Source: Alphaproteobacteria bacterium
Lineage (GTDB): Bacteria > Pseudomonadota > Alphaproteobacteria > Rs-D84 > SZUA-605
Length of the DNA: 64,000 nucleotides
Assembly (NCBI GenBank): GCA_031549385.1
Contig: JAVBPW010000001.1
Location: 256,001 to 320,000, forward strand
Direction of reading: 5' to 3'
The first letter of the stretch is position 1. Each line of letters starts with the position of its first letter. The position numbers and the translations under genes are program-made. This document shows, in pieces, positions 28,949-38,770 of this stretch. The notes below the pieces were generated by a model. The model saw only the letters and a list, made by a program, of their open reading frames with translations, did not search any database and was not told the origin of the DNA.

Positions 28949-29836
28949 CTATTTAACCTTCTTTTTTGTGGTGATAATTCTTTCGTATTCTTTATGTGAT
29001 AAAACATAAATGAATACTTTGTGTTTTTTGCATAAAGCAAATACTTCTTCTTTATCAACTATCATTGCACCATCTTCAAGAATTACTATTCCTTGGAAGC
29101 CTGCTTCAATTACAGAATTAAGAGTTCCTGTTCCAACTGCTGGAAGGTCTACTCTCATTTCTTGTCCTGGTTTTGGTAGTTTTACTAAGATTGGTTTTGA
29201 ACCTGGCTTCTTTAGTTTTCCACCTCTTTTTATAGTTGCATCTGTTCCGTCTTCGCCTTCCAAAGATAGAGCAATTTTTTGTTGAACAACTGCTGATTGA
29301 CCTGCATCACATGCACCTATGTGATATGATACTAATGATCCAAATTCTATGTCAGTCATTACTTCTTTGCTTAGTTTTGGAGTGTAGCCATGAAGGCCTG
29401 GTTTTAATACTATTTCTGGAGCAAAATCTTGAACTGGTAAAATTTTGAATCCTTCTGATTCTATGTGTTCAAATAGTGCTCTAAATAGTTCGTCTGTTGA
29501 TTTTTTTGAAAGAGCTTTTTTGAAAAGTACTTTTAACGTGTAAAAATCTGGTATTAAAGATTTCCAATTTGGTCTTGAAATTGAGCCTGCGAAAATTAAA
29601 TCTTTTACATTTGCTTTTCTTAATTCTCTTATTGCTGCTCCACCTGCACCTAATCTTACCCATGCTTGAGGTAATTCTGTTGGAATCTTTTTTGGGTCTG
29701 CAAAACCTTTTAAACATAGTAAGAAAAAATCTTTCTTTTGTTTTTTCAAGTTATCAATTATGTTTAATGGAAGGTTTCCACCACCACATATTAGACCTAA
29801 CTTTCTAGTCTCAGATTTTTCAGTTTTACTTTTCAT
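28949..29836 (-). CDS. lpxI: UDP-2,3-diacylglucosamine diphosphatase LpxI
   Basis: LGLICGGGNLP, AG.I.RP, GQSAVV, EG.DGTD, K..KPGQE.RVDLP.VG. Confidence 0.92.
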   Translation of the reverse strand: MKSKTEKSETRKLGLICGGGNLPLNIIDNLKKQKKDFFLLCLKGFADPKKIPTELPQAWVRLGAGGAAIRELRKANVKDLIFAGSISRPNWKSLIPDFYTLKVLFKKALSKKSTDELFRALFEHIESEGFKILPVQDFAPEIVLKPGLHGYTPKLSKEVMTDIEFGSLVSYHIGACDAGQSAVVQQKIALSLEGEDGTDATIKRGGKLKKPGSKPILVKLPKPGQEMRVDLPAVGTGTLNSVIEAGFQGIVILEDGAMIVDKEEVFALCKKHKVFIYVLSHKEYERIITTKKKVK

Positions 29837-29861
29837 CGGTTCTCCTTTGTTGTTTGGTTAA

Positions 29862-30845
29862 TTAAAACTTGTATGAAACACCTATTCTTAATATCGGTAT
29901 ATATTTAGCTTTTTTTATCTTGCTTTCAATCCATTCTTCTTCTTTTCTCAGATCATCTGGAGAAACGTATGTGCTGTTTGGTCCATATAATGATAATGTC
30001 ATTGAAGGTGATGGAGTGAACATTGTTCCAAGATCAGTTGTAATTGCAAGACCTGGGAGAACTGGAATATCTATACCTAATCCTAAATATGGAGTGAACT
30101 TTTTGCTCCAGTTCATTTCACCATACATTGTATATCCGTCTGGAAATGGATATGTTGTGTCACCAATTGTTACGTTTCCTGAAAGTTGAACTGCTCCATT
30201 AAGTTTTGAATTTTGACGATAGAATCCGCCTGTTATTCTTAAAATCTTTTTTAATGGATATACGTCTAATAAAATTCCATATGATTCACTTGAGAAAATT
30301 GCTTTTCCTTTTGAGAAGTCTAATTCAGTATCTGTTTTTCTTTGTATTAAGTCGTTTACATTTGATTGAGGAATTCTTAATGCATTTAAATAATTTGCTT
30401 CTAATCTTAATCCAAAGATACTAAAGAAACCTAATGTGCTTTGAAATGGTCTGTAACCTAATGAAAAATTTAACCCAGATGTTAATCCATAACCTGCACC
30501 TATTGTTAGTCCACTTATTATATCCAATGGATTTGGTACACTTGGAACACTTATGCTTGAAGAACTTGATGATGCTTCAGATGCACTTTTTTGTGCTGTT
30601 GAATTTACAGCTGATTGTGTTTGTGTTGTAGTTGGTACTGTTGTTTTAGCTGCTGTAGTTGCAGCAGTTGTTGTTGCAACTCCTTTAGTTTCAGCTTGCG
30701 CAATTGTAGTTCCACTTTGTGGTATTACTTTTACTAGTTGAGGTTGTGTTGTTGTTTTTTTCTTTGTAGTCGTTGCTTTTTTAGTTTGGGCAAATGATGG
30801 TGATGCTATTGCTGCAATTAATAAAAGTAATAAATATTTTTTCAT
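29862..30845 (-). CDS. Outer-membrane beta-barrel protein with Thr/Ala/Ser-rich N-terminal extension
   Basis: Signal peptide, low-complexity linker, PYLGLG, terminal GVSYKF. Confidence 0.75.
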   Translation of the reverse strand: MKKYLLLLLIAAIASPSFAQTKKATTTKKKTTTQPQLVKVIPQSGTTIAQAETKGVATTTAATTAAKTTVPTTTQTQSAVNSTAQKSASEASSSSSSISVPSVPNPLDIISGLTIGAGYGLTSGLNFSLGYRPFQSTLGFFSIFGLRLEANYLNALRIPQSNVNDLIQRKTDTELDFSKGKAIFSSESYGILLDVYPLKKILRITGGFYRQNSKLNGAVQLSGNVTIGDTTYPFPDGYTMYGEMNWSKKFTPYLGLGIDIPVLPGLAITTDLGTMFTPSPSMTLSLYGPNSTYVSPDDLRKEEEWIESKIKKAKYIPILRIGVSYKF

Positions 30846-30950
30846 GGTTTCTCCTGTTTTAATAATAAAAATGAGCATAGTATTTTTTTTCCTAAGAGTC
30901 AATAAAACATTGAAGTTGATTTTATCATTAATTTGTCAGATACTTAATTT

Positions 30951-31748
30951 ATGAAGAAAATTTTTTTGTTTTTTATTGCTGCTATTTTTTCTGTTTCTTG
31001 CACTGCAGGAGTAGATGAAAATAAATTTGGAACTCCTATTAAGGAAGAAACCGAGTCGTTTTTGGGTGTGCCTTATGTTTTATCTCCTCTTGGTGAAGGT
31101 AGTAATTCTGATGTTGATAAAGATCCTTTGTGGAGGTTTGATGCGTTCGATTGTATGACATATGTTGAAACTGTTATTGCTATGCATAATTCAAAAAACC
31201 AAAAGGAATTTGAAGAGACTATGAATAATATTAGATATATGAATGGAAAAATTAGTTTTGGTTGGAGAAATCATTTTACAGAACTTGATTGGATAAGAAA
31301 TAATTCTAAATATGTGAAAGATATTACTTCATCTTTTAAAGAAGCTAAATTAAAAGAATTTCAAATTAATAGAAGTGCTTGGGTTTGGAAACATCTTAAA
31401 GTTCCAGAAATTTGTACAAAGGGTGGAGTTAAGTGCAAACTTGAATCTTATGATGCTCCATATGGAAATAATGTAAGGATATCTTATATTCCTAAAGGTA
31501 AAATTACAAAAGAATTTTTAAACCAATTGCCGGATAATGTGGTTATAAATATTGCTCGATGGAATGAAGAAAAAAATAAAAAACAAGGGTTTGATATATT
31601 TATCTATCATATGGGTTTTTTAATAGATAACAAAGATTTTTATCATGCCTCATCAACTCAAAAAAAAGTAGTTAAAGTTGACTTTTTTGAATATATTGCG
31701 AATCAACCTAAAGATTTTGTTGGGATAAATATATTGGAAATTAAATAG
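30951..31748 (+). CDS. DUF1460 / NlpC-P60-like amidase lipoprotein
   Basis: Lipobox; FLG.PY...LGEG, FDCMTYVETV.A, RNHF..DW, HMGF, HASS. Confidence 0.85.
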   Translation: MKKIFLFFIAAIFSVSCTAGVDENKFGTPIKEETESFLGVPYVLSPLGEGSNSDVDKDPLWRFDAFDCMTYVETVIAMHNSKNQKEFEETMNNIRYMNGKISFGWRNHFTELDWIRNNSKYVKDITSSFKEAKLKEFQINRSAWVWKHLKVPEICTKGGVKCKLESYDAPYGNNVRISYIPKGKITKEFLNQLPDNVVINIARWNEEKNKKQGFDIFIYHMGFLIDNKDFYHASSTQKKVVKVDFFEYIANQPKDFVGINILEIK

Positions 31749-31793
31749 GCTTTGTGATATAATAGTAATATTATAAAAATAGGAGAAGAAAAA

Positions 31794-31988
31794 ATGAAAA
31801 CAGTTAATTTTATAATTTTATTATTAATAGTAGCAGGTGCTTTAAATATTGGTTGTGAAGGATTGTTCGGTATTAATCCATTAGCTTGGGTATTTGGTGC
31901 ATTCGTTCTTAAAATTATCTATATTGCTATTGGTGTTGCGGGGGTTGTGGGAGTTATATATATATTAACCGGCAAACGTTCACTTTAA
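31794..31988 (+). CDS. DUF378 family small membrane protein
   Basis: L.I.GALN.G..GLFG.N, IYI.IG.AG. Confidence 0.8.
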   Translation: MKTVNFIILLLIVAGALNIGCEGLFGINPLAWVFGAFVLKIIYIAIGVAGVVGVIYILTGKRSL

Positions 31989-32110
31989 AATTAATACTAT
32001 GGATTGCAAATAACATTTTCGTGAAATTGCCCAAAATCGATGTATTATCTATACACCTTCGTCGGTCAATTTCACGAGAAATATCTTTGTTCATCTCATA
32101 TTATTAATTT
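31988..32110 (+). repeat. Palindromic element E2
   Basis: Core nearly identical to 46135-46259 with compensatory changes. Confidence 0.85.
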
Positions 32111-32166
32111 TATAAAATATAATCCTAATTTAGGATTTTTGTTTTTATTAAGAATGATTTTAAAAG

Positions 32167-32240
<74 letters not shown>

Positions 32241-32360
32241 AGTTGATTTTAGAAACGTTATAGTATTTTAACTACAAATCTTTTAATTGCAAGTTTTTTT
32301 TCTTTTATTTTATTTTTTCTCGTGCTACGATAATTTAAATTTCGATTTAAGGAGAAGAAA

Positions 32361-32870
32361 ATGAAAAAAATTTTATTACTTTTAGTAACTGCATTCTTTA
32401 TGTTTCCAGCTCATGCTGTTAAGTTTGAATTATTCTATTCACCTACTTGTGGGCATTGTCATGAAGCTATGAAATTCTTGGATGCTTCTTTGAAAGCAGA
32501 ATATCCTTCAGTTACTTTCGTTTATCATAATATCGCTAAATCACATGAATCTAATCTTTTAAAACATTATGCTGCTAAATTTAATCTTACTCAAGTTGGA
32601 GTTCCTTTAGTGGTTGTTGGCGATGAATTTACCCAAGGATTTGGACCAGGAACTGCTCAAGATTATCGCAATATGTTGAATAAATATGTTACAGCAGGTG
32701 AAACAAAAACTGTTGGAACTGCTGATTTAACTGTGCCTGAAGAGGTTGCTGTTGTTGCTACAGATGAAATACCAGATGTGAAAAGTAATAATACTTTATA
32801 TTTCTTAGTATTGGTTGCTGTGGTTTGTGCTATTGTGTTCTTACCTAAATTAAGAAAGAAAAAGTCTTAG
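32361..32870 (+). CDS. Exported thioredoxin/glutaredoxin-fold protein with C-terminal membrane anchor
   Basis: Signal peptide, CGHC, GVP, C-terminal TM helix followed by KLRKKK. Confidence 0.85.
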   Translation: MKKILLLLVTAFFMFPAHAVKFELFYSPTCGHCHEAMKFLDASLKAEYPSVTFVYHNIAKSHESNLLKHYAAKFNLTQVGVPLVVVGDEFTQGFGPGTAQDYRNMLNKYVTAGETKTVGTADLTVPEEVAVVATDEIPDVKSNNTLYFLVLVAVVCAIVFLPKLRKKKS

Positions 32871-32991
32871 GGTACGTTGAATTTTGGTTGCAAGCCAAAA
32901 GGATTAAAAAAGTTCCACACAATCATGTATACCAATACACTCATGCGTGGAATTTTTTAATACTTCCGTTTTCACTCAAAATTGAACGACC
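32871..32991 (+). repeat. Palindromic element E3 (divergent)
   Basis: Same architecture as E2/E4 (TGG.TGCAA ... TGTAT-loop-ATACA ... TTCA.TCA) with different but self-complementary stems. Confidence 0.65.
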
Positions 32992-33033
32992 AATGTTAAA
33001 TAATAAATTAAAGGGGGGGCAAAAGCTCCTTTT

Positions 33034-33147
33034 TTATTTTGCTGGATAGGTGCGAGGATATAATGCATCTTTAGGGCGTTCTATTTTTCCTTGAAGACCG
33101 CATGCTGAAATTGAAATCAATAATAATAGTAATGTGAGTTTTTTCAT
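33034..33147 (-). CDS. Small lipoprotein, LptM/YifL-like (37 aa, missing from the ORF track)
   Basis: MKKLTLLLLLISISA-CGLQGKIERP...; lipobox followed by CG..G....P; TTGACT-16 nt-TATAAT promoter. Confidence 0.8.
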   Translation of the reverse strand: MKKLTLLLLLISISACGLQGKIERPKDALYPRTYPAK

Positions 33148-33242
33148 AAATGTGATTATACAAGGTTAGTGTTTGTAGTCAAGAGGTGAAAAGGCAGTTT
33201 ATTATCATGATTAAAAAAGGTGCCACTTGGGCACTTTTTTAA

Positions 33243-33328
33243 TGGTGGGAGTGGCCGGACTTGAACCGGCATGATCTTGCGATCGGCAGATTTTGAGTCT
33301 GCTGCGGCTACCATTTCACCACACTCCC
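33243..33328 (-). tRNA. tRNA-Leu(CAA)
   Basis: Reverse complement GGGAGTG...GCAGA-CT-CAA-AA-TCTGC, long variable arm, CCA. Confidence 0.94.
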
Positions 33329-33379
33329 TTTAATAATGGGTATAAGATATTATTAATTGTCTATTTTTTCAAGTGTTTT

Positions 33380-34819
33380 TTAAAAACTTTTTGCTATTAT
33401 TACAGTTTCTTTGTCTTCTAAAGGTAGGCAACGTCTTGTTATCTTATATGTTTCTTTTAATTCATCATACTTTTCTGATAAGGTTTCTTTATATGGAAGT
33501 TTGATGAATCCTTTGAAATCTTTTGCTAATAATTCTTTTGCTTCTTCAATAGTTTTTACTGTTTTTGTGCTATCCAAAGTTAAAGATTTATGTTTTTCAT
33601 AAATGTCTTTTTGCATTGTGTTAAGTACATCTCTTATTTCAGAAATAGATTTTAGGTTTATTTGTTTTTGAGAAGCTTTACCTAAATCACGTCTTGTGAT
33701 TGTTACAGAATCTTGTGATAATTCGTTTGCACCAATTTCTATTCTTATTGGAGCTCCTTTTTTAATCCATTTCCAAACTTTATCTGATGAACGCATGTCT
33801 GAGTTATCAAAAAGTACTCTTATGCCGGCATTTAATAAAGATTCTTTTACTTTTTCACAATATGCTGTTAAAGCTTTTGTATCCATATCTGATTTTATAA
33901 ATGGAATTATTACACATTCATATGGAGCTATTGCTGGTGGTAGGATTAATCCATCATCATCACTGTGGGCTACTATCATTGCTCCTATTAATCTTGATGA
34001 TACTCCCCATGAATTTGTCCATGCGAATTCTTCTTTACCTTCTTCACTTTGATATTTTATGTTGAATGATTTTGCAAAGTGTTGTCCTAAATTATGTGAA
34101 GTTCCACTTTGTGAAGATTTTCCATCTTGTGACATTGTTTCAAATGTATATGTGTTGTCTGCGCCTGCAAATCTTTCTTCTGGAGTTTTTTCTCCTGTAT
34201 ATGAAAATAAAGCAAGAGTGTCTTTTGCAAAGTTTTCATAAGTGCTTAGCATTTTTAATGCGTGCTTTAAGCATTCTTCTTTTGTTGCAAATGCACAATG
34301 GCCTTCTTGCCATAAGAATTCTGCTGTTCTTAAAAATATTCTTGGGCGCATTTCCCAACGGAATATGTTTGCCCATTGATTCAATAACATTGGTAAATCT
34401 CTGTATGAATTTACCCAACGTGACATTGCTTCACCAAATAATGTTTCTGATGTTGGTCGTAAAACATATGGTTCTGTTAACTCTGCAGTTTCGTCTACTG
34501 TTATTTTTCCATCAACTGCTTTTAAGCGATAGTGAGTTATTACTGCACTTTCTTTTGCAAAGCCTTCTACATGTTCTGCTTCTTTTTGGAAAAATGATAA
34601 TGGTATCATTGTTGGAAAATAGCAATTTTGTACACCCATACTTTTTATAATTGCATCAAATTGTTTTTGGATTAATTCCCAAATTGCATAACCGTATGGT
34701 TTTATTGTCATACAACCACGTACTGGTGAATTTTCAGCCAAGTCTGCTGCTGAAATTACATTTTGATACCATGCAGAGAAATCTTGCTCTCTTGTTGGTG
34801 TTATTGCTGTTTTTGCCAT
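33380..34819 (-). CDS. proS: Proline--tRNA ligase (archaeal/eukaryotic type)
   Basis: PYGYAIWE, KEAEHVEGF, RPTSET, EFLWQEGH, GTSHNLGQ.FAK, SWGVSSR. Confidence 0.96.
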   Translation of the reverse strand: MAKTAITPTREQDFSAWYQNVISAADLAENSPVRGCMTIKPYGYAIWELIQKQFDAIIKSMGVQNCYFPTMIPLSFFQKEAEHVEGFAKESAVITHYRLKAVDGKITVDETAELTEPYVLRPTSETLFGEAMSRWVNSYRDLPMLLNQWANIFRWEMRPRIFLRTAEFLWQEGHCAFATKEECLKHALKMLSTYENFAKDTLALFSYTGEKTPEERFAGADNTYTFETMSQDGKSSQSGTSHNLGQHFAKSFNIKYQSEEGKEEFAWTNSWGVSSRLIGAMIVAHSDDDGLILPPAIAPYECVIIPFIKSDMDTKALTAYCEKVKESLLNAGIRVLFDNSDMRSSDKVWKWIKKGAPIRIEIGANELSQDSVTITRRDLGKASQKQINLKSISEIRDVLNTMQKDIYEKHKSLTLDSTKTVKTIEEAKELLAKDFKGFIKLPYKETLSEKYDELKETYKITRRCLPLEDKETVIIAKSF

Positions 34820-34834
34820 TGTACTTTATCCTTC

Positions 34835-35077
34835 TTAAGCTGTTGGTTTGTTTTGTTGATTTGCTTCTCTTTTGACTATACGTCCTTTTGTTAAGTCATA
34901 GGGGGTCATTTCAACTTCTACATCATGTCCAACACCTACCCAAATTTTAAATCTTCGCATTTTTCCTGAGATGTGTGCGAGGATTGTATGTCCATTTTCT
35001 AATTTAACTTTGAACATTGCATTTGGTAAGGCTTCAATGATTTTTCCTTTGAAGGTTATTAAATTTTCTTTACTCAT
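34835..35077 (-). CDS. infA: Translation initiation factor IF-1
   Basis: [34 protein letters not shown]. Confidence 0.97.
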   Translation of the reverse strand: MSKENLITFKGKIIEALPNAMFKVKLENGHTILAHISGKMRRFKIWVGVGHDVEVEMTPYDLTKGRIVKREANQQNKPTA

Positions 35078-35156
35078 ATTTTTTTCTTGTCCTTTTGTAA
35101 AAAACTATTTACAATATGAAAGCAAATAATAAAGAGAAAATCAAGGAAAATTTGAA

Positions 35157-36287
35157 ATGTCATGTTATATAAACCCGTTTGAAGTTGATGATCAAACATT
35201 ACACACTTACATATCTCAACGAAGAATTAACATAGTTGATGACTTGTTATTTTTACTTCGTGAAAAATATGGTTTGTTTTGTGTTTACTCTTCTGCTGGA
35301 GTTGGGGCTACTTTTATGATTTCCCAAATCAGTAAGCTATTAAATGCTCATGAAAATGTTTTTTATTTAGATGGCAAAAAAATGAAGTCTGTTTTGGATC
35401 TTTTTAGAAAAGAATTTAAATTGAAAAAATATGATGGTGAAGAAGAAATAATTGATGTTTTAAAGAAAATGAATGTAAAAGGTAAGCATTCTGTTTTTAT
35501 TTTAGAACATTGTGAAAAATTTCCTGATGATGAATTTATTGCTTTGACTAATATTATTAAGGCTGTGCCTTTTGCTAAGGTTTTAATTTTTGGAAAAAAG
35601 AGAAGTGTTAAAATTTTAGCTCGTAATTTGAAAATGAAAGTTGTTTATAAAGCAAAATTAAAAGCATTTTCTTTTATAGAAAGCTACCGATATTTAGCTG
35701 AAAGATTTGGATGTATTATGCCATCAGCAAAACTTTCAAAAGTAGTACATAGAAAAGCTTTACTTTGGATTTCTTTTGTATGTCATGGAAAACCACAAAT
35801 ACTTAATAAGATTGCTGGAGAATCTTTGAATGAAGCAATTAGAAAAAATAGAATGCCTCTTCGATTTAGACAGGCGTTGATGACTACATTTAAATTTAGT
35901 TCCATTACTTTCCCATTCTTTCCTATTAATTGGGGAGTGGTGTTTGTATTGCTTGTATTTTTATTAATTGGATATTTGTTTTATCTTCCTATTTCTCGTT
36001 CTATTACTGAATTTAAAGAAGAAAAACTCAAAGAAAGAATCGAACAGGATATGAAGAAGCTAAGTATTGCTGAAGAAGTTGTGAAAGAAGATGAAAAACA
36101 AACAACTCCTGTTAAGCCTGCTCCTAAAAAACCTGCACCTAAACCAGAATTACAAGTTAATACAGAAAATACTGAATTACCAACACCTGAGGTTAAACCT
36201 GCACCAGCTCCAAAACCTAAACCAAAGCCAGCTGCTCCTAAAAAGGTGCCAAGTATTGATCCTGTTACTGGAGAAGTGTTGGAATAA
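35157..36287 (+). CDS. ExeA/GspA-like AAA protein with degenerate Walker motifs, TM helix and Pro-rich tail
   Basis: NPF, SSAGVGAT, ILEHCE, YLAERF, G.P.ILN.IA; TM helix and PAPK repeats. Confidence 0.6.
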   Translation: MSCYINPFEVDDQTLHTYISQRRINIVDDLLFLLREKYGLFCVYSSAGVGATFMISQISKLLNAHENVFYLDGKKMKSVLDLFRKEFKLKKYDGEEEIIDVLKKMNVKGKHSVFILEHCEKFPDDEFIALTNIIKAVPFAKVLIFGKKRSVKILARNLKMKVVYKAKLKAFSFIESYRYLAERFGCIMPSAKLSKVVHRKALLWISFVCHGKPQILNKIAGESLNEAIRKNRMPLRFRQALMTTFKFSSITFPFFPINWGVVFVLLVFLLIGYLFYLPISRSITEFKEEKLKERIEQDMKKLSIAEEVVKEDEKQTTPVKPAPKKPAPKPELQVNTENTELPTPEVKPAPAPKPKPKPAAPKKVPSIDPVTGEVLE

Positions 36288-38426
36288 TTAATCTTTTTCT
36301 AAGATTTCAACTTCGTGAAGCATTAAGTTTTTTATAACATTGCTGTCAAATAAAACTGTTACGGTGGTTTTATTTGATAGTAATACTTTTCCTACACCAT
36401 ATTCTGCATGAAAAACTAAGCGATTAGATAAATTGCTTCGAATCTCCGGCTTTTGAGTCCTTTTTTGTGTTTTGAAATATTTAAAAGTTTTATGCTCTGC
36501 TTGCTCTCTGTGAGAAAATAAAGAGATATCATCTTTTGGTAAATTTATTAAAAATATACTTGGGTTGCTTCCTTGTGTTTGTCCATATATAAAACGAGTT
36601 GAACAATGTGATATTATGCAATATTTTTTTGCTCTGGTTATTGCTACATAGGCTAATCTTCTTTCTTCTTCTAATCCACTTTCACCTTCTTCTTTTAGAG
36701 ATCTGTCTGATGGGAAAATTGTTTCTTCCCAAGATGGTAAGAATACTGTTTCAAATTCTAATCCTTTTGATGCATGCATTGTCATTATTGATACTTTGTC
36801 TGCTTCAATTGCATCATCACTGTCCATGATTAAAGAAATGTATTCTAAGAATTCTGGTATTGTTTCAAATTTATATTTCAAAACGTTTACAAGTTCTTTT
36901 AAATTTTCTATACGAGCGGGGGATTCTGGTTTTTTGTCTTCTTGTAGTGCTTTTAGGTATCCACTTTTTTCTATTAAATCTTTTGTTAGGTCACCTGCTG
37001 ACATTGATGATGTTTGATATTCTAAAATTAAGTTTATGAATATTATTAATTGTTGTTTTTGTTTTGCAGGAAATGTGTCTGAATCTAATAACATTCTTGT
37101 TATTTCAAATAATGACTTATTAGATCTGCTTGCAGCTTGATTTAGTTTTGATAGTACTGCATCGCCTAAACCTCTTTTAGGAGAATTTACTACACGTTCA
37201 AATGCTATGTTATCACTTGGATTTACTATTAATCTTAAATAACAAATTATGTCTTTGATTTCAGCTCGTTCATAGAACTTTGTTCCACCTACAATCTTGT
37301 ATGCTATTCCAGATTTTAAAAACCGGTCTTCAAAAATTCGTGTTAAAGATGTGGTTCTTACAAGTAGTGCTATTTCATTTAAATTATATCCTTTGTTTCT
37401 TAAATTTGAAATTGCATTAGCTATATAGTATGCCTCTGATTCATCATTTGAAAATGAATGAACTTCTACCTTATGAGCTTCTTCCTCTCTGTGTGGATAT
37501 AGTGTTTTTTGATGGCGGTTCTTATTGTTACTTATCAATGTTGACGCGCATGAAAGAATGTGTTTTGTTGAACGGTAATTAATTTCTAGTTTAATTATTT
37601 TTGAATTCTTAAAGTCATGTTCGAATCGAAGAATGTTTTCTATTTGTGCTCCACGCCATGAATATATTGATTGGTCATCGTCGCCCACTACACATAGATT
37701 TTTATATTTTGAACTTAATATTTTTAATAGTTCATATTGTGCTTTGTTTGTGTCTTGATATTCGTCTACTAGTACATATTTGAATTTGTCTTGGTATCTT
37801 TCTGCTATGTCTGGGAATTCTTTAAATAGTTTTAATGATAAAATTATTATGTCTCCAAAATCCACTGCGTTTAATGCTTTTAATCTTTCTTGGTATTTTG
37901 AATATATTTGTGAAAACTTTCCATTTGCAAAATCTGCATGTAAAAATGAAGCTTGTGGAGTGCCTGCATATATTAAATCATCTTTTAATCTTGAAATTAA
38001 TTCAACAGCATATCCTGGTGGGTTTTCTTTTATGTCTATATTATATTCTTGTAATATCTTTTTTAACAAAAGTTTTTGGTCAGATTCGTCAAAGACTATG
38101 AAGTTTGTGTCATAGCCTAATAGGTTTATATGAGAACGTAAAAACTTTAAGCAAATACTGTGAAATGTTCCTACCCACATTGTTTGTGCTATGTCACCAA
38201 CCATTTCATAAATTCTGCTTTTCATTTCATTACTTGCTTTGTTTGTAAAAGTAATGGCGAGTATTTCCCATGGAGAACATAAGTTTTGTGATATTATGTA
38301 AGCTATTCTGGTGGTTAATACTTTGGTTTTTCCTGTTCCTGCACCTGATAAAACTAATAATGGGCCGGAAGTTGTTGTTACGGCTTCATATTGGCTTTTA
38401 TTCAATTGTTGTAAGTAGTTTTCCAA
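36288..38426 (-). CDS. uvrD: ATP-dependent DNA helicase UvrD/PcrA
   Basis: GAGTGKT, TFTNKA, VDEYQDTN, VGDDDQSIYSWRGA, NYRST, HASKGLEF, EEERRLAYVAITRA. Confidence 0.95.
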   Translation of the reverse strand: MENYLQQLNKSQYEAVTTTSGPLLVLSGAGTGKTKVLTTRIAYIISQNLCSPWEILAITFTNKASNEMKSRIYEMVGDIAQTMWVGTFHSICLKFLRSHINLLGYDTNFIVFDESDQKLLLKKILQEYNIDIKENPPGYAVELISRLKDDLIYAGTPQASFLHADFANGKFSQIYSKYQERLKALNAVDFGDIIILSLKLFKEFPDIAERYQDKFKYVLVDEYQDTNKAQYELLKILSSKYKNLCVVGDDDQSIYSWRGAQIENILRFEHDFKNSKIIKLEINYRSTKHILSCASTLISNNKNRHQKTLYPHREEEAHKVEVHSFSNDESEAYYIANAISNLRNKGYNLNEIALLVRTTSLTRIFEDRFLKSGIAYKIVGGTKFYERAEIKDIICYLRLIVNPSDNIAFERVVNSPKRGLGDAVLSKLNQAASRSNKSLFEITRMLLDSDTFPAKQKQQLIIFINLILEYQTSSMSAGDLTKDLIEKSGYLKALQEDKKPESPARIENLKELVNVLKYKFETIPEFLEYISLIMDSDDAIEADKVSIMTMHASKGLEFETVFLPSWEETIFPSDRSLKEEGESGLEEERRLAYVAITRAKKYCIISHCSTRFIYGQTQGSNPSIFLINLPKDDISLFSHREQAEHKTFKYFKTQKRTQKPEIRSNLSNRLVFHAEYGVGKVLLSNKTTVTVLFDSNVIKNLMLHEVEILEKD

Positions 38427-38494
38427 AGTTTTCTCTTCAATTTTTTATACCTTTGTATTATAATTTATATATCGAAAAAGGAAAGGGAAAAATT

Positions 38495-38770
38495 ATGAGT
38501 TTGATTTTATATATTCTTTTAGCAGCAGTTAATATTTTTTATATTTTAGCTATTGTTAATTTGATATTAAATCTTTTAATTTATTTCAAATTTGTGGATT
38601 TGAATAATGCTTATATTAAAAAAGCTGATGATTTTATGGATGGATGTTTATATCGAATCTATTTTGAAATTAGAAAGCATGTGCCTCTTGTTGGTGGGGT
38701 TGATTTATCTCCATTGATTTTCATATTATTCTTATCTGCTTGTAGAAAGATTTTAATTTCTTTACTTTAA
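38495..38770 (+). CDS. YggT family membrane protein
   Basis: IRK.VP.VGGVDLSPLI; start moved to the ATG at 38495. Confidence 0.85.
   Translation: MSLILYILLAAVNIFYILAIVNLILNLLIYFKFVDLNNAYIKKADDFMDGCLYRIYFEIRKHVPLVGGVDLSPLIFILFLSACRKILISLL

Noticed and set aside
30550-30790. GTT/GCT-rich quasi-repeats
   Set aside because: Explained by the Thr/Ala/Ser low-complexity linker of the outer-membrane protein.
36105-36250. Repeated CCT/AAACC units
   Set aside because: They encode the Pro/Lys-rich tail (PAPK repeats) and are not an independent DNA repeat.
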